Shown here piece by piece: positions 1 through 9,022 of a stretch of DNA of 43,705 nt. The translations under genes and the position numbers were made by a program. The stretch is from NCBI GenBank assembly GCA_038200085.1, contig JBBPYG010000104.1, positions 1 to 43,705 on the forward strand. The letters run 5' to 3'. Each line of letters starts with the position of its first letter. Positions within the stretch are counted from its first letter, which is position 1. The notes under the pieces are model-generated. The model had not been told where the DNA came from and searched no databases. It worked only from the letters and a program-made list of their open reading frames with translations. This stretch comes from Candidatus Limnocylindria bacterium. GTDB lineage: Bacteria; Chloroflexota; Limnocylindria; P2-11E.

Positions 1-90
1 ACGAGCCCGCCGCCCACGAGCCCGCCGCCCACGAGCCCGCCGCCCACGAGCCCGCCGCCCACGAGCCCGCCGCCCACGAGCCCGCCGCCC
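1..90. repeat. Perfect 15-bp tandem repeat (ACGAGCCCGCCGCCC) x6, running off the window edge
   Basis: Six identical units read directly from 1-90; the sequence degenerates after 90. Confidence 0.97.
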
Positions 91-331
91 GCGAGGCGCG
101 CCCGTTCCGGGTGTTCCCGGCCGCTGGCCGCAAGGGCGGCGAGCGGCCCCATTCCGACGAGCGCGCCCCGCGCGTCGGCCCCGACGACGAGCGCGAGCGG
201 CCCCGCGAGGTGCGTGCCGAGCCGGAGTGATCCTCCGCGGCCTCGCATGACGAGGCCGCGCGATGAACCGCGAGGTGGCCCGCGACGTATCGTTTGCGGG
301 TCACTTCTGGAGTTCGCGTGGGGGTGATGCG

Positions 332-1924
332 GTGGGTCAGCTGACATATCGGTCGATCGCGCTGCTCGCGGCCGTCGCGCTCGTGCTCGCCGCATGCGCC
401 GGCGGTTCGCCGGCTGGCCAGGGATCTGCGTCCGGCGCGCCGACGGGCAAGCCGGTCACCGGCGGCACCGTCACGATGGCGCTCGAGGACGATCCGATCA
501 ACTTTGACCCGCTGCTGTCCCGGGCGTTCATCGACCGCAACATCCACTACCAGATCTACGACGCGCTCGTCGGCATCGATGAGAACGGGAAGATCATCCC
601 CCGTCTCGCGACGAAGTGGGACGTCGCGGCGGACGGCAAGACCGTGACGTTCACGCTGCGCACCGACGTCAAATACCACGACGGCATGCCCTTCGACGCG
701 GCGTCGGTGAAGTGGAACCTCGACCGTTACCGGACGACGCCTGGCTCCCAGCGGAGCGGCGAGCTCGCGCCGATCGACAGCGTGGCCGTCGTCGATCCGG
801 CCACGGTGAAGCTGAACCTGAAGGCACCCTTCGCGCCGCTGCTCGCCAGCCTCGTCGACCGCGCGGGCATGATGCTCTCGCAGAAGGCAGTGGAGGCGGG
901 CGGCGCGGACTTCACGCGCAAGGCCTTCAAGGCCGGCACCGGCCCCTTCATGCTCACCGAGGCCGTCAAGGACGACCACATCACGCTCGAGCGCAACCCC
1001 AGCTGGTGGGGCAAGGACAAGGACGGCAACCAACTGCCGTACCTCGACAAGGTCATCGTCAAGCCGATCAAGTCGAGCGACGTGCGCTTCACCAACCTTC
1101 GCACGGGAGACGCGCAGGTCGCCAACAACATCGCCGGCAAGGACATCACGACCGCGAAGTCGGAATCGTCGCTCACGTATCAGGAGAAGCCGGCGTACTC
1201 GTTCCGCAGCATGATCCCGAACCGCGCGAAGGGCTATCTCTTCGAGGAGGCGCGGTACGTCAAGGCGGTGTCGCTCGCCGTCGACCGCAAGGAGCTCGTC
1301 GACAAGGGCTACTTCGGCCTCGGCGCCGCGGGCTACGGCACGATCGCCCCGCCGCACTTCGCCTTCGACCAGAACTTCAAGCCGTTCGAGAAGGCCGACC
1401 CCGACGCGGCGAAGAAGCTCGTGCAAGAAGTCGGCAAGGGACCGCTGACCTTCAAGTTCCTCGTCGCCAGCGGCGACCCCGCGACGCTCACCATCGCGCA
1501 GCTCATCCAGGCGCAGCTGAAGAAGGCCGACATCACGATGGACATCGAGCAGGTCGAGTTCGCCAAGATCCTCGATCTCCAGACGGCGCACACGTTCAAG
1601 GACATGACCTTCGTCGGCTGGAGCGGACGCGTCGACCCGGACGGCAACACCTACGACCACGTCTACACCGGGCGCCCGAACAACGACTCCTCGTACTCCA
1701 ACAAGCAGGTCGACCAGCTTCTCGACCAGTCGCGCACGACGAACGACGAGGCCAAGCGGAAGGACGCCTTCCGCCAAGCGGAGAAGATCTTCGTGCAGGA
1801 TGACCCGGCCCGCGTGTGGCTCGGCTTCGGCGCCGCACAGCTGCTCACGTCCAAGAAGGTCGTGGCGCCGCCGGTGTACCCCGACCAGATCGTCCGCTTC
1901 GAGCTCATGTCCATGGCGAAGTGA
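332..1924 (+). CDS. Peptide/nickel ABC transporter substrate-binding lipoprotein (SBP family 5)
   Basis: Lipobox LAAC and SBP_bac_5 motifs (LATKWDV..DGKTVTFTLR..VKYHDG.PFDA..VKWNLDR, GTGPF). GTG at 332 follows GGGGGTGA, so it is preferred over the ORF-track start at 263. Confidence 0.93.
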   Translation: MGQLTYRSIALLAAVALVLAACAGGSPAGQGSASGAPTGKPVTGGTVTMALEDDPINFDPLLSRAFIDRNIHYQIYDALVGIDENGKIIPRLATKWDVAADGKTVTFTLRTDVKYHDGMPFDAASVKWNLDRYRTTPGSQRSGELAPIDSVAVVDPATVKLNLKAPFAPLLASLVDRAGMMLSQKAVEAGGADFTRKAFKAGTGPFMLTEAVKDDHITLERNPSWWGKDKDGNQLPYLDKVIVKPIKSSDVRFTNLRTGDAQVANNIAGKDITTAKSESSLTYQEKPAYSFRSMIPNRAKGYLFEEARYVKAVSLAVDRKELVDKGYFGLGAAGYGTIAPPHFAFDQNFKPFEKADPDAAKKLVQEVGKGPLTFKFLVASGDPATLTIAQLIQAQLKKADITMDIEQVEFAKILDLQTAHTFKDMTFVGWSGRVDPDGNTYDHVYTGRPNNDSSYSNKQVDQLLDQSRTTNDEAKRKDAFRQAEKIFVQDDPARVWLGFGAAQLLTSKKVVAPPVYPDQIVRFELMSMAK

Positions 1925-1951
1925 CGCCGGGCTGACCGGGCACCGGCCACC

Positions 1952-2908
1952 GTGGGCACCTACATCGCGCGCCGACTGGTGCTCATGGTGCCCGTCGCGT
2001 TCCTCGTCTCGGTCATCGCGTTCGCGCTCCTCCGCCTGACGCCGGGCGACCCGGTGATCGTCTACGCCGGGGAGGAGCGCGATCCCGCGACGCTCGATGC
2101 GCTGCGGCGGGAGTTCGGGTTGGACCAGCCGCTGCCATCGCAGTACGTGACGTGGGTCACGCGCGCGGTGAGATTGGATTTCGGCCGGTCGATCCGGACG
2201 CGGCAGCCCGTCGCCGAGGCGATCGTCGAGCGCTTCCCCGCGACGCTCGAGCTCGGCGGCATCGCCCTCGTGCTGTCCATCACGGTCGGACTGGTGATCG
2301 GGACCCTCTCGGCCCTTCGCAGGAACTCGCCGCTCGACCTCGCCGCGAGCGGCTTCACGCTGGCGGGCGTCTCCCTGCCGAACTTCTTCCTCGGCCTGGT
2401 GCTGATCCTCGTGTTCGGGCTGGCGGTGCGCCTGTTCCCGCCCGGCGGCTACACCGCGTTGAAGGACGATGCGGTCGACAACCTTCGCCATTTGGTGCTG
2501 CCCGCGGTGACGCTCGCGACCGCGAGCATGGCCGTCAACCTGCGGCAGGTGCGCTCGAGCCTGCTCGACGTGCTCGGCCAGGAGTACATGCGGACGGCGC
2601 GCGCTAAGGGCCTGCGCGAGGCCGTGGTCGTCGCCCGCCACGCGCTCAAGAACGCGCTGATCCCCGTCGTCACGATCTTCGGTCTCCAGGTTGGAGCCAT
2701 CCTCGAGGGAGCGGTGATCACCGAGCAGGTCTTCTCGTGGCCGGGCGTGGGCAAGCTCGCGGTCGACAGCATCGCCGGTCGCGACTATCCCGTCGTGCAG
2801 GCGATCGTGCTGCTCTCGGCCCTGTCGTTCATGTTCACGACGCTCGTCGTCGACGTCCTCTACGGGATCCTCGACCCGCGGATCTCCTACGGACGGCGCG
2901 CCGCATGA
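1952..2908 (+). CDS. Peptide ABC transporter permease (DppB/OppB type)
   Basis: YIARRL N-terminus, PGDP, DFGRSI, EAA motif TARAKGL, ITEQVFSWPGVG, LDPRI. Confidence 0.95.
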   Translation: MGTYIARRLVLMVPVAFLVSVIAFALLRLTPGDPVIVYAGEERDPATLDALRREFGLDQPLPSQYVTWVTRAVRLDFGRSIRTRQPVAEAIVERFPATLELGGIALVLSITVGLVIGTLSALRRNSPLDLAASGFTLAGVSLPNFFLGLVLILVFGLAVRLFPPGGYTALKDDAVDNLRHLVLPAVTLATASMAVNLRQVRSSLLDVLGQEYMRTARAKGLREAVVVARHALKNALIPVVTIFGLQVGAILEGAVITEQVFSWPGVGKLAVDSIAGRDYPVVQAIVLLSALSFMFTTLVVDVLYGILDPRISYGRRAA

Positions 2909-3735
2909 GGGAGTTCGCGCGGCGCAACCCGCGGATCATCGTCGGCGGGACCCTCGTGGCGCTCCTCGTGTTCGCCGCGATCTTCGCGCCGGTCATCTCG
3001 CCGTACGACCCGACGGCCGCAGATCCCTCGGTGTCGCTCGAGGGTCCCAGCGCGCAGCACTGGCTCGGGACTGACGACCTCGGCCGCGACGTCCTCTCGC
3101 GCACGATCTGGGGGTCACGGATCTCGCTGTCGGTAGGACTCATCGCGGTGGGCATCGGGCTCGCGATCGGCGTGAGCCTCGGACTGCTGGCGGGCTACTT
3201 GGGTGGCGCGTTCGACCTCATCGCGATGCGGGGCATCGACGCGCTCCTGGCCTTCCCGGCGCTGATCCTGGCCATCGCGATCACCTCCGCGCTCGGCCCA
3301 CGGATCGAGAACGCGATGATCGCGATCGGAGTGGTCGCCGTCCCGTTATACACGCGGCTGACGCGAGGCCAGGTGCTCAGCATGCGCGAGCGCGAGTTCG
3401 TCACGGCCGCCCGCACCGTGGGAGCGACGCCGTTCCGGATCGTCGCGCGCCACATCTTCCCGAACATCACGAATCCGCTGGTCGTGCAAGCCACGCTGTC
3501 GATCGCGTTCGCGATCCTGGCGGAGGCGTCGCTGTCCTTCCTTGGGCTCGGGGCCCAGCCTCCCGCTCCCACGTGGGGGTTCGACATCAATTACGGGCAG
3601 CGCTACCTCTCCAATCTCAAGTGGTGGATGAGCGTGGGGCCCGGGCTGGCCATCTTCGTCGCGGTGTTCGCCTTCAACTTCCTCGGCGACGCGCTCCGCG
3701 ACGCTCTCGACCCGCGCCTGCGCCGGAGCGTGTGA
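2905..3735 (+). CDS. Peptide ABC transporter permease (DppC/OppC type)
   Basis: ATGA overlap with the upstream permease; HWLGTDDLGRD, EFVTAARTVGA, LSFLGLG, GDALRDALDPR. Confidence 0.95.
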   Translation: MREFARRNPRIIVGGTLVALLVFAAIFAPVISPYDPTAADPSVSLEGPSAQHWLGTDDLGRDVLSRTIWGSRISLSVGLIAVGIGLAIGVSLGLLAGYLGGAFDLIAMRGIDALLAFPALILAIAITSALGPRIENAMIAIGVVAVPLYTRLTRGQVLSMREREFVTAARTVGATPFRIVARHIFPNITNPLVVQATLSIAFAILAEASLSFLGLGAQPPAPTWGFDINYGQRYLSNLKWWMSVGPGLAIFVAVFAFNFLGDALRDALDPRLRRSV

Positions 3736-4590
3736 CGCCCGGCGGGCTCGGCGGGGACCCTCCGGACGACGGACGTTCCGGAGGGCGCGGGCTTCCGACC
3801 GGCACAGTGACCTTCCTGTTCACCGACATCGAGGGTTCGACGCGGCTTTGCACGAGCTCGGCGACGCGTATGCCGACGCACTGGCCGAACACCGCGCCGC
3901 CCTGCGCAAGGCATTCGCGGCACATGGAGGAGTCGAGGTCGACACGGAGGGCGATGCGTTCTTCGTCGCGTTCGCGCGCGCTTCGGACGCGCTCGCTGCC
4001 GCGGCGGAGGCGCAAGGTTCGCTCGGTGGCCGGATCCGGGTGCGGATGGGCGTGCACACCGGCGAACCGGTGCTGACGGACGAGGGCTATATCGGCATCG
4101 ACGTGCACCGCGCGGCGCGCATCGCCGCGGCCGGCCACGGCGGCGCTCGTCGCTTCGACGATCACATCGACGATCGGCGTGCGCGATCTCGGCGAACTCA
4201 GCGATCGCGCTGCGCTGCTGGTGCTCGACAACTTCGAGCACCTGCTCGATGCCGCATCCACCGTCGGGAAGATCTTGAGCGCCGGGTCGCGCACGAAGGT
4301 GCTTGCGACCAGTCGCGCTCCCCTGCGCATCGATGGCGAGCGCGAATATCCGGTCGAACCGCTTCCGGACACCGACGCACTCGTCCTGCTCCCCGAACGC
4401 GCGCGCGCCGTGCGGGCCGATTTCATGCCCGACGCCTCGACGCTCGAGATCTGCCGCCGGCTCGACGGATTGCCGCTCGCGCTCGAGCTTGCGGCCTCGA
4501 GGCTGCGCTCGCTCGGCTCCGCCGCCCTGCTGGAACGCCTGGGACGGCGGCTTCCGGTCCTCACCTCTGGTCGCCGCGACGCCCCCGGGC
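3732..4590 (+). pseudogene. Frameshifted, internally deleted class III adenylate/guanylate cyclase-STAND NTPase gene
   Basis: LPTGTVTFLFTDIEGSTRL, then a frame change near 3848 to DTEGDAFFVAF..RMGVHTGEP..VHRAARIAAAGHGG, then another frame with LLVLDNFEHLL, ATSRAPL, ICRRLDGLPLALELAA. The Walker A region and the C-terminal TPRs are missing. Confidence 0.85.
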
Positions 4591-4806
4591 GGTGGCGCTC
4601 GCGGAAACGGCGGTCGGCCAGTGACCTGGCCGTCCGATCGAGCGGCCGTCCGACGGCTGATGCGGCTCCCGCCGGGCCCGCCCCGGCAGGGCGCTGGCCA
4701 ATTGTTCGGGATTTGACGGTGGCGGTGTTGCCCCGAGTCTGTTGCGCATTGCGTCGCGGCGTAGTCTCGCCACATACCAATAGCGAAAAAGAGAGGTACC
4801 ACAACA

Positions 4807-5721
4807 ATGTCCAGCTCAGCACTCCAGCAGGTGATCCGCCGCGCCGTCTCCGACGCCTCGTTCCGCCAGCAGCTCCAGGCCAACCCCGCCTCGGCCCTCC
4901 GGGGCTTCGACCTCACGGCCGACGAGTCGGCCGCCCTTTCGAGCCGTGACCCCGGGCGCCTCGCGGCGTTCGGTGTCGACCAGCGCATCAGCAAGGCCTT
5001 CAGCCTCGGCGGCGCCGGGATCGGCTCCGACGCCACGACCGACGTCCCGAACTCCACCGGCGGCGTGACGCGGCTCGAGATGGAGCCAGGCGACGCCACC
5101 CGCCTCGCCGTTCACGACAGCGGGAGCGCAGGGTCCGGCGCGACGAACGCCTTCGACAGCGGCAACGCCGCATCCGGCGCCACGAACAGCCTGGACAGCG
5201 GGATCGTCGGCTCCGGCGCCACGAACACGCTCGACAGCGGGACCGCGGGTTCGGGAGCGACGAACACCCTCGACAGCGGCACCGCCCTCTCGGGCGCGAC
5301 GAACACCCTCGACAGCGGCTCCGCCGGCTCGGGCGCGACCGACGTGCTCGACAGCGGCAACGCCGCCTCCGGTGCCGCCCCGGCGTGGCACGATGACCCG
5401 CAGCCCGTCGCTGCGACCTCCGACTCCAGCGCCCCGGCGTGGCGCGATGACGCGCAGCCCCTCGCGGCTTCCAGCGACGCCTCGGGCTCGGCCAGCGCGG
5501 TCCACGACGTGGCCCCGTCCGACCTCTCTCTCGGCGCGGAGGACGACGCGCCGCTCGGATCGCTGAGCGCCGTCCACGACGTGGCGCCGGTGGACCTCAG
5601 CTCCGACAGCATCGCCGCGACCGGCGGCCACGACGGACTCGAGTCGATCAGCGTCGATGGCGACGTCGACAGCGGCGCCTTCGACCACAGCCAGATCCTG
5701 CACCCGAACGAGCCCCAGTAA
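4807..5721 (+). CDS. Protein with an NHLP-clan (Os1348-like) N-terminal leader domain and a Ser/Gly/Asp-rich tandem-repeat C-terminus; candidate RiPP precursor
   Basis: RBS GAGAGG upstream and strong GC3 codon bias. N-terminus VIRRAVSDASFRQQLQANPASALRGFDLTADE..L..DQRISK, followed by 13-aa repeats and an intrinsic terminator. Confidence 0.8.
   Translation: MSSSALQQVIRRAVSDASFRQQLQANPASALRGFDLTADESAALSSRDPGRLAAFGVDQRISKAFSLGGAGIGSDATTDVPNSTGGVTRLEMEPGDATRLAVHDSGSAGSGATNAFDSGNAASGATNSLDSGIVGSGATNTLDSGTAGSGATNTLDSGTALSGATNTLDSGSAGSGATDVLDSGNAASGAAPAWHDDPQPVAATSDSSAPAWRDDAQPLAASSDASGSASAVHDVAPSDLSLGAEDDAPLGSLSAVHDVAPVDLSSDSIAATGGHDGLESISVDGDVDSGAFDHSQILHPNEPQ
5116..5376 (+). repeat. 39-bp (13-aa) in-frame tandem repeat, about 6.7 copies, consensus DSGxAGSGATNTL
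   Basis: Units start at 5116, 5155, 5194, 5233, 5272, 5311 and 5350 (the last is partial). Confidence 0.95.
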
Positions 5722-5741
5722 GGGGCGCGGACCTCGATGCG

Positions 5742-5775
5742 AAAAGGGCCCGGCACGATGCCGGGCCCTTTTTTT
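5742..5775 (+). terminator. Intrinsic terminator, probably bidirectional
   Basis: AAAAGGGCCCGGCA-CGA-TGCCGGGCCCTTTTTTT between convergent genes. Confidence 0.92.
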
Positions 5776-5828
5776 CGCGCCCGCTGTGACGCGCTCGATC
5801 GCGAACGCGGATCGGGCCCGCGCGGGCG

Positions 5829-6245
5829 TCAGAGCTCCTTGCCGAATTCCACGGTCGGCTCGCGCCGGTAGCCGAGCGCGTCCCAGAACGCCATGGCGTG
5901 TTCGTTGTCGTCCCACACGATCAGGTTCAGCTTCGGGCAGCCGAGCTCCCGCAGCCGATCCTCGATCCTGGTCACGAGCGCGCGACCGATGCCGCCGCGA
6001 CGGCGATCGGGATCCGTGGCCACGTGGTAGAGCCAGCCGCGCCGGCCGTCCCACCCGGCGAGCGCGGAACCGACGATGCGCCCATCGTCCTGCGCGAGCA
6101 GGAACAGGCCCTCGTTCCTCTCCGCGAAACGGGCCAGGGAAGCCGCGTCGTCGCCCGGCCGGATGCGCAGTCCGCAGCGCGTCCAGAACGCCAGCAGTGC
6201 ATCCGCATCCGAAGGAACGAATGCGCGGATCTCCACCGCTGACAT
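5829..6245 (-). CDS. GNAT family N-acetyltransferase (YpeA-like)
   Basis: AGWDGRRGWLYHVA..PDRRRGGIGRAL and GCPKLNL motifs; start set at ATG 6245. Confidence 0.9.
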   Translation of the reverse strand: MSAVEIRAFVPSDADALLAFWTRCGLRIRPGDDAASLARFAERNEGLFLLAQDDGRIVGSALAGWDGRRGWLYHVATDPDRRRGGIGRALVTRIEDRLRELGCPKLNLIVWDDNEHAMAFWDALGYRREPTVEFGKEL

Positions 6246-6255
6246 ACTGCGACCC

Positions 6256-7101
6256 ATGCGCGTGGGGCTGTTCGACGTGGAGATCTTCAGCGACGGCACG
6301 TTCAAGCTCGACGGAGGTTCCATGTTCGGCGTCGTGCCGAAGGTGCTCTGGGAGCGCCACAAGCCGGCCGATGAGCGCAACCGGATCACGATGGATATGA
6401 ACTGCCTGCTGATCCGCGACGCCGACGGGCACGTCGTCGTCGTCGAGACGGGCGCCGGACCGAAGCTCACCGACCGGTCGCGCGACATCTACGGCATCGA
6501 GCGCCCGCCCGCGCTCCTGACGGAGTTGGCGGCCCGCGGAGTGAAGCCCGAGGACGTGACGCTGGTGATCAACACGCACCTTCATTTCGACCACTCCGGG
6601 GGCAACACCTTCCGCGACGGCGACCGGCTCGTCGCCACGTTCCCGCGAGCCACCTACGTCTTCCAGCGCACCGAATGGGAGGATGCGATGCATCCGAACG
6701 AGCGCACCCGCGGCTCGTACTTCGCCGATGACTACGCGCCGCTCGAAGCTGCCGGGAAGCTGGAGCTGGTCGACGGCTCCGTCGAGATCCTCCCCGGCAT
6801 CCGGCTCGACCAGGTCCGCGGCCACACCCGCGGAACGCAGACCGTCCGCGTCATCGGCAAGGAGACGCTCTTCTTCTGCTCCGACTTCATGCCCGACCGC
6901 GCGCACCTGCCGCTGCCGTGGATCCCCGCGTTCGACCTCTTCCCACTCGATACGCTGGAGGCGAAGCGCACGATCCTGCCGCGCGCCGCCGAGGAACGGT
7001 GGATCGTCGGCTTCACGCACGACGTACCGCGCTTCGGGCGCATCTCCGCCGCCGACGGCAAGTACACGTACGCAGAGCTGCCCGCCGGCCAGGAGCGGTG
7101 A
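6256..7101 (+). CDS. MBL-fold metallo-hydrolase (YtnP-like)
   Basis: DGTFKLDGGSMFGVVPK, THLHFDHSGG (HxHxDH), GHT. Confidence 0.92.
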   Translation: MRVGLFDVEIFSDGTFKLDGGSMFGVVPKVLWERHKPADERNRITMDMNCLLIRDADGHVVVVETGAGPKLTDRSRDIYGIERPPALLTELAARGVKPEDVTLVINTHLHFDHSGGNTFRDGDRLVATFPRATYVFQRTEWEDAMHPNERTRGSYFADDYAPLEAAGKLELVDGSVEILPGIRLDQVRGHTRGTQTVRVIGKETLFFCSDFMPDRAHLPLPWIPAFDLFPLDTLEAKRTILPRAAEERWIVGFTHDVPRFGRISAADGKYTYAELPAGQER

Positions 7102-8327
7102 TCGGGCGCGAGCCGCTTTCGTCCGTGGATCTGCCCCGCACGGCGTCGACCGTCATCGTCGGAGGCGGCATCGTCGGGGCCGCCGCCGCCTTCTTCCTCA
7201 CCGAGCGCGGCGAGCGCGACGTCCTTCTCCTAGAGCAGGATCGGCTCGGCGCCGGCTCGACCGGCGGCGGGCTGGGCGGGATACGCCATCAGTTCGCCGA
7301 CGAGCTCGATGTCCGGCTCTCGCAGCTCGCGTCGCGATTCTGGCGCGAGTTCGAGGATCGGACGGGCGCGCGCCACGACTTTGAAGAGCGCGGCTATCTG
7401 TTCGTGGCGGAGACCGGCGAGGGCCTGGAGCAGCTCCGCGCGCCGCTGCCGCTTTACGAGAAATGCGGTCTGCCTGTGGAGATGCTTGACCGCGTCGCGA
7501 TGCGTGAAGCGGTGCCAGGGATGCGCGTGGACGATCTCGTCGGCGGCCGGCTCTGCGCGCGAGACGGCTACGGCGATCCGCTGAGCGCCCTCGCTGGCCT
7601 CTCCGCCGCCGCGGTGCTCGCCGGCGCGCGCGTCGAGGAGGGCGTTGCCGTGGAGCGTCTCGTGCGCGACGGCGAGCGGGTGACGGGGGTCTCCACGGCC
7701 CGAGGCGACGTCTCGGCCGAACGCGTGCTCGTGGCGACCGGGTGCTGGACCGCGGCACTCTGCGCGACCGCCGCCGTCGCCGTCCCCATATGGCCCTACC
7801 GCCGGTCGATCATGGAGGCCGGGCCGTACCCTGCGCTCGCGAGGATCCCGCTGGTGGTCGAATGGGAGTCGGGGTTCCACTTCCGCCCGAAGGGGCAGTA
7901 CCAGCGATTCGCCATGCCGAACCTCACCGCGGATGGAGGGATCGAGAAGCGCCCCGGGTCGCCGCCCGGCTCGTCCGCGGCGCTCGACTTCCCGCCGCTG
8001 GAGGTGCCGGCGTCGCTGGAGCCGTGGGTCAAGGCAAGAGCCGCGTGGCGTCACCCCGCGTTCGCCGACATCCGGATCGCGAGGTCCTGGTCGTGTTTCT
8101 ACGAGATGACGCCCGACGACCATCCGATCGTCGGGCGCGTTCCGGGCGTCGAAGGTCTCGCCATCGCCGCGGGGTTCTCGGGGCACGGCTTCATGCACGC
8201 CCCCGCGACGGCGCAGCTCGTCACCGAGGAACTGCTCGACGGTCGCGCGCGCACGCTCGACATCGGCGACCTGTCCCTCGACCGCTTCATCGAGGGGCGC
8301 CACGCCTTCACGCCGACCGTGCTCTGA
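7098..8327 (+). CDS. FAD-dependent oxidoreductase (sarcosine oxidase beta/DadA family)
   Basis: GTGA overlap with the upstream gene; IVGGGIVG, GAGSTG, YEMTPDDHPIVG, GFSGHGFMHAP. Confidence 0.92.
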   Translation: MIGREPLSSVDLPRTASTVIVGGGIVGAAAAFFLTERGERDVLLLEQDRLGAGSTGGGLGGIRHQFADELDVRLSQLASRFWREFEDRTGARHDFEERGYLFVAETGEGLEQLRAPLPLYEKCGLPVEMLDRVAMREAVPGMRVDDLVGGRLCARDGYGDPLSALAGLSAAAVLAGARVEEGVAVERLVRDGERVTGVSTARGDVSAERVLVATGCWTAALCATAAVAVPIWPYRRSIMEAGPYPALARIPLVVEWESGFHFRPKGQYQRFAMPNLTADGGIEKRPGSPPGSSAALDFPPLEVPASLEPWVKARAAWRHPAFADIRIARSWSCFYEMTPDDHPIVGRVPGVEGLAIAAGFSGHGFMHAPATAQLVTEELLDGRARTLDIGDLSLDRFIEGRHAFTPTVL

Positions 8328-9022
8328 TGCGCGTCCGGCGCACCAGCCTGCTCGCGGGCGCCCGCGGGGCCGTCGGCCACGTCGTGATCGTCGACGTGTA
8401 CCGCGCGTTCACGACAGCGGCGTTCTGCGTCGCGGCCGGGGCGCGCGAGATCGTCCTCGTCGCCTCGGTGGAGGAGGCCATCCGCCTGCGCGACGCTGAC
8501 CGCCATGCGGTCGTCTCCACCATGCCGATCCCTTTCCTCACGGGCGAGGTCGGTGGACGCCCTGTCGACGGCTTCGACGTGGGCAATTCGCCGTCCGCGA
8601 TCCGTTCGCTCGACCTCTCCGGACGGCGCGTCATCCAGAGGAGCAGCTCGGGTACGCAGGGCGTGGTGGCGGCGACGGACGCGGACGAGATACTCCTCGG
8701 CAGCTTCGTCACCGCATCCGCGACGTGCCGCTACCTCGCCGCCCGGACGGAGCAGGTGACGATCGTGGCGATGGGGGACGAGGGTCTCCGCCCTGCTCAG
8801 GAGGACGAGGCGTGCGCCGCGTACCTCGAGGGTCTCCTGCTGGGCCGGCCGGTCGAGCGCCCGCCCGCGCTGCTGCTGCGCTCTGACTGGGAAGACCGCC
8901 TGTGGCCAGACTGGTTCCCCCGAAGCGACGCGGAGCTGGCGTGTGACGTGGACCGCTTCGACTTCGCGCTGCCCGTTTCCCGGGAGGACGGACTGCTCGT
9001 CGCGCGCCCGGTCCGCTGCTGA
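8327..9022 (+). CDS. 2-phosphosulfolactate phosphatase family protein (ComB-like)
   Basis: TGATG overlap; VVIVDVYRAFTTA, GFDVGNSPS, SSSGTQG, EDEACA. Confidence 0.85.
   Translation: MRVRRTSLLAGARGAVGHVVIVDVYRAFTTAAFCVAAGAREIVLVASVEEAIRLRDADRHAVVSTMPIPFLTGEVGGRPVDGFDVGNSPSAIRSLDLSGRRVIQRSSSGTQGVVAATDADEILLGSFVTASATCRYLAARTEQVTIVAMGDEGLRPAQEDEACAAYLEGLLLGRPVERPPALLLRSDWEDRLWPDWFPRSDAELACDVDRFDFALPVSREDGLLVARPVRC

Noticed and set aside
1-90. CRISPR array
   Set aside because: The 15-bp units are contiguous with no spacers, and there are no cas genes in the window.
5116-5376. CRISPR-like 39-bp periodicity
   Set aside because: The repeat is in-frame and coding with synonymous variation, and it has no unique spacers.
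5829-8327. GNAT, MBL hydrolase and FAD oxidase as tailoring enzymes for the NHLP-leader protein
   Set aside because: They are common stand-alone families, separated from it by a terminator and partly convergent, with no RRE-like domain evident.
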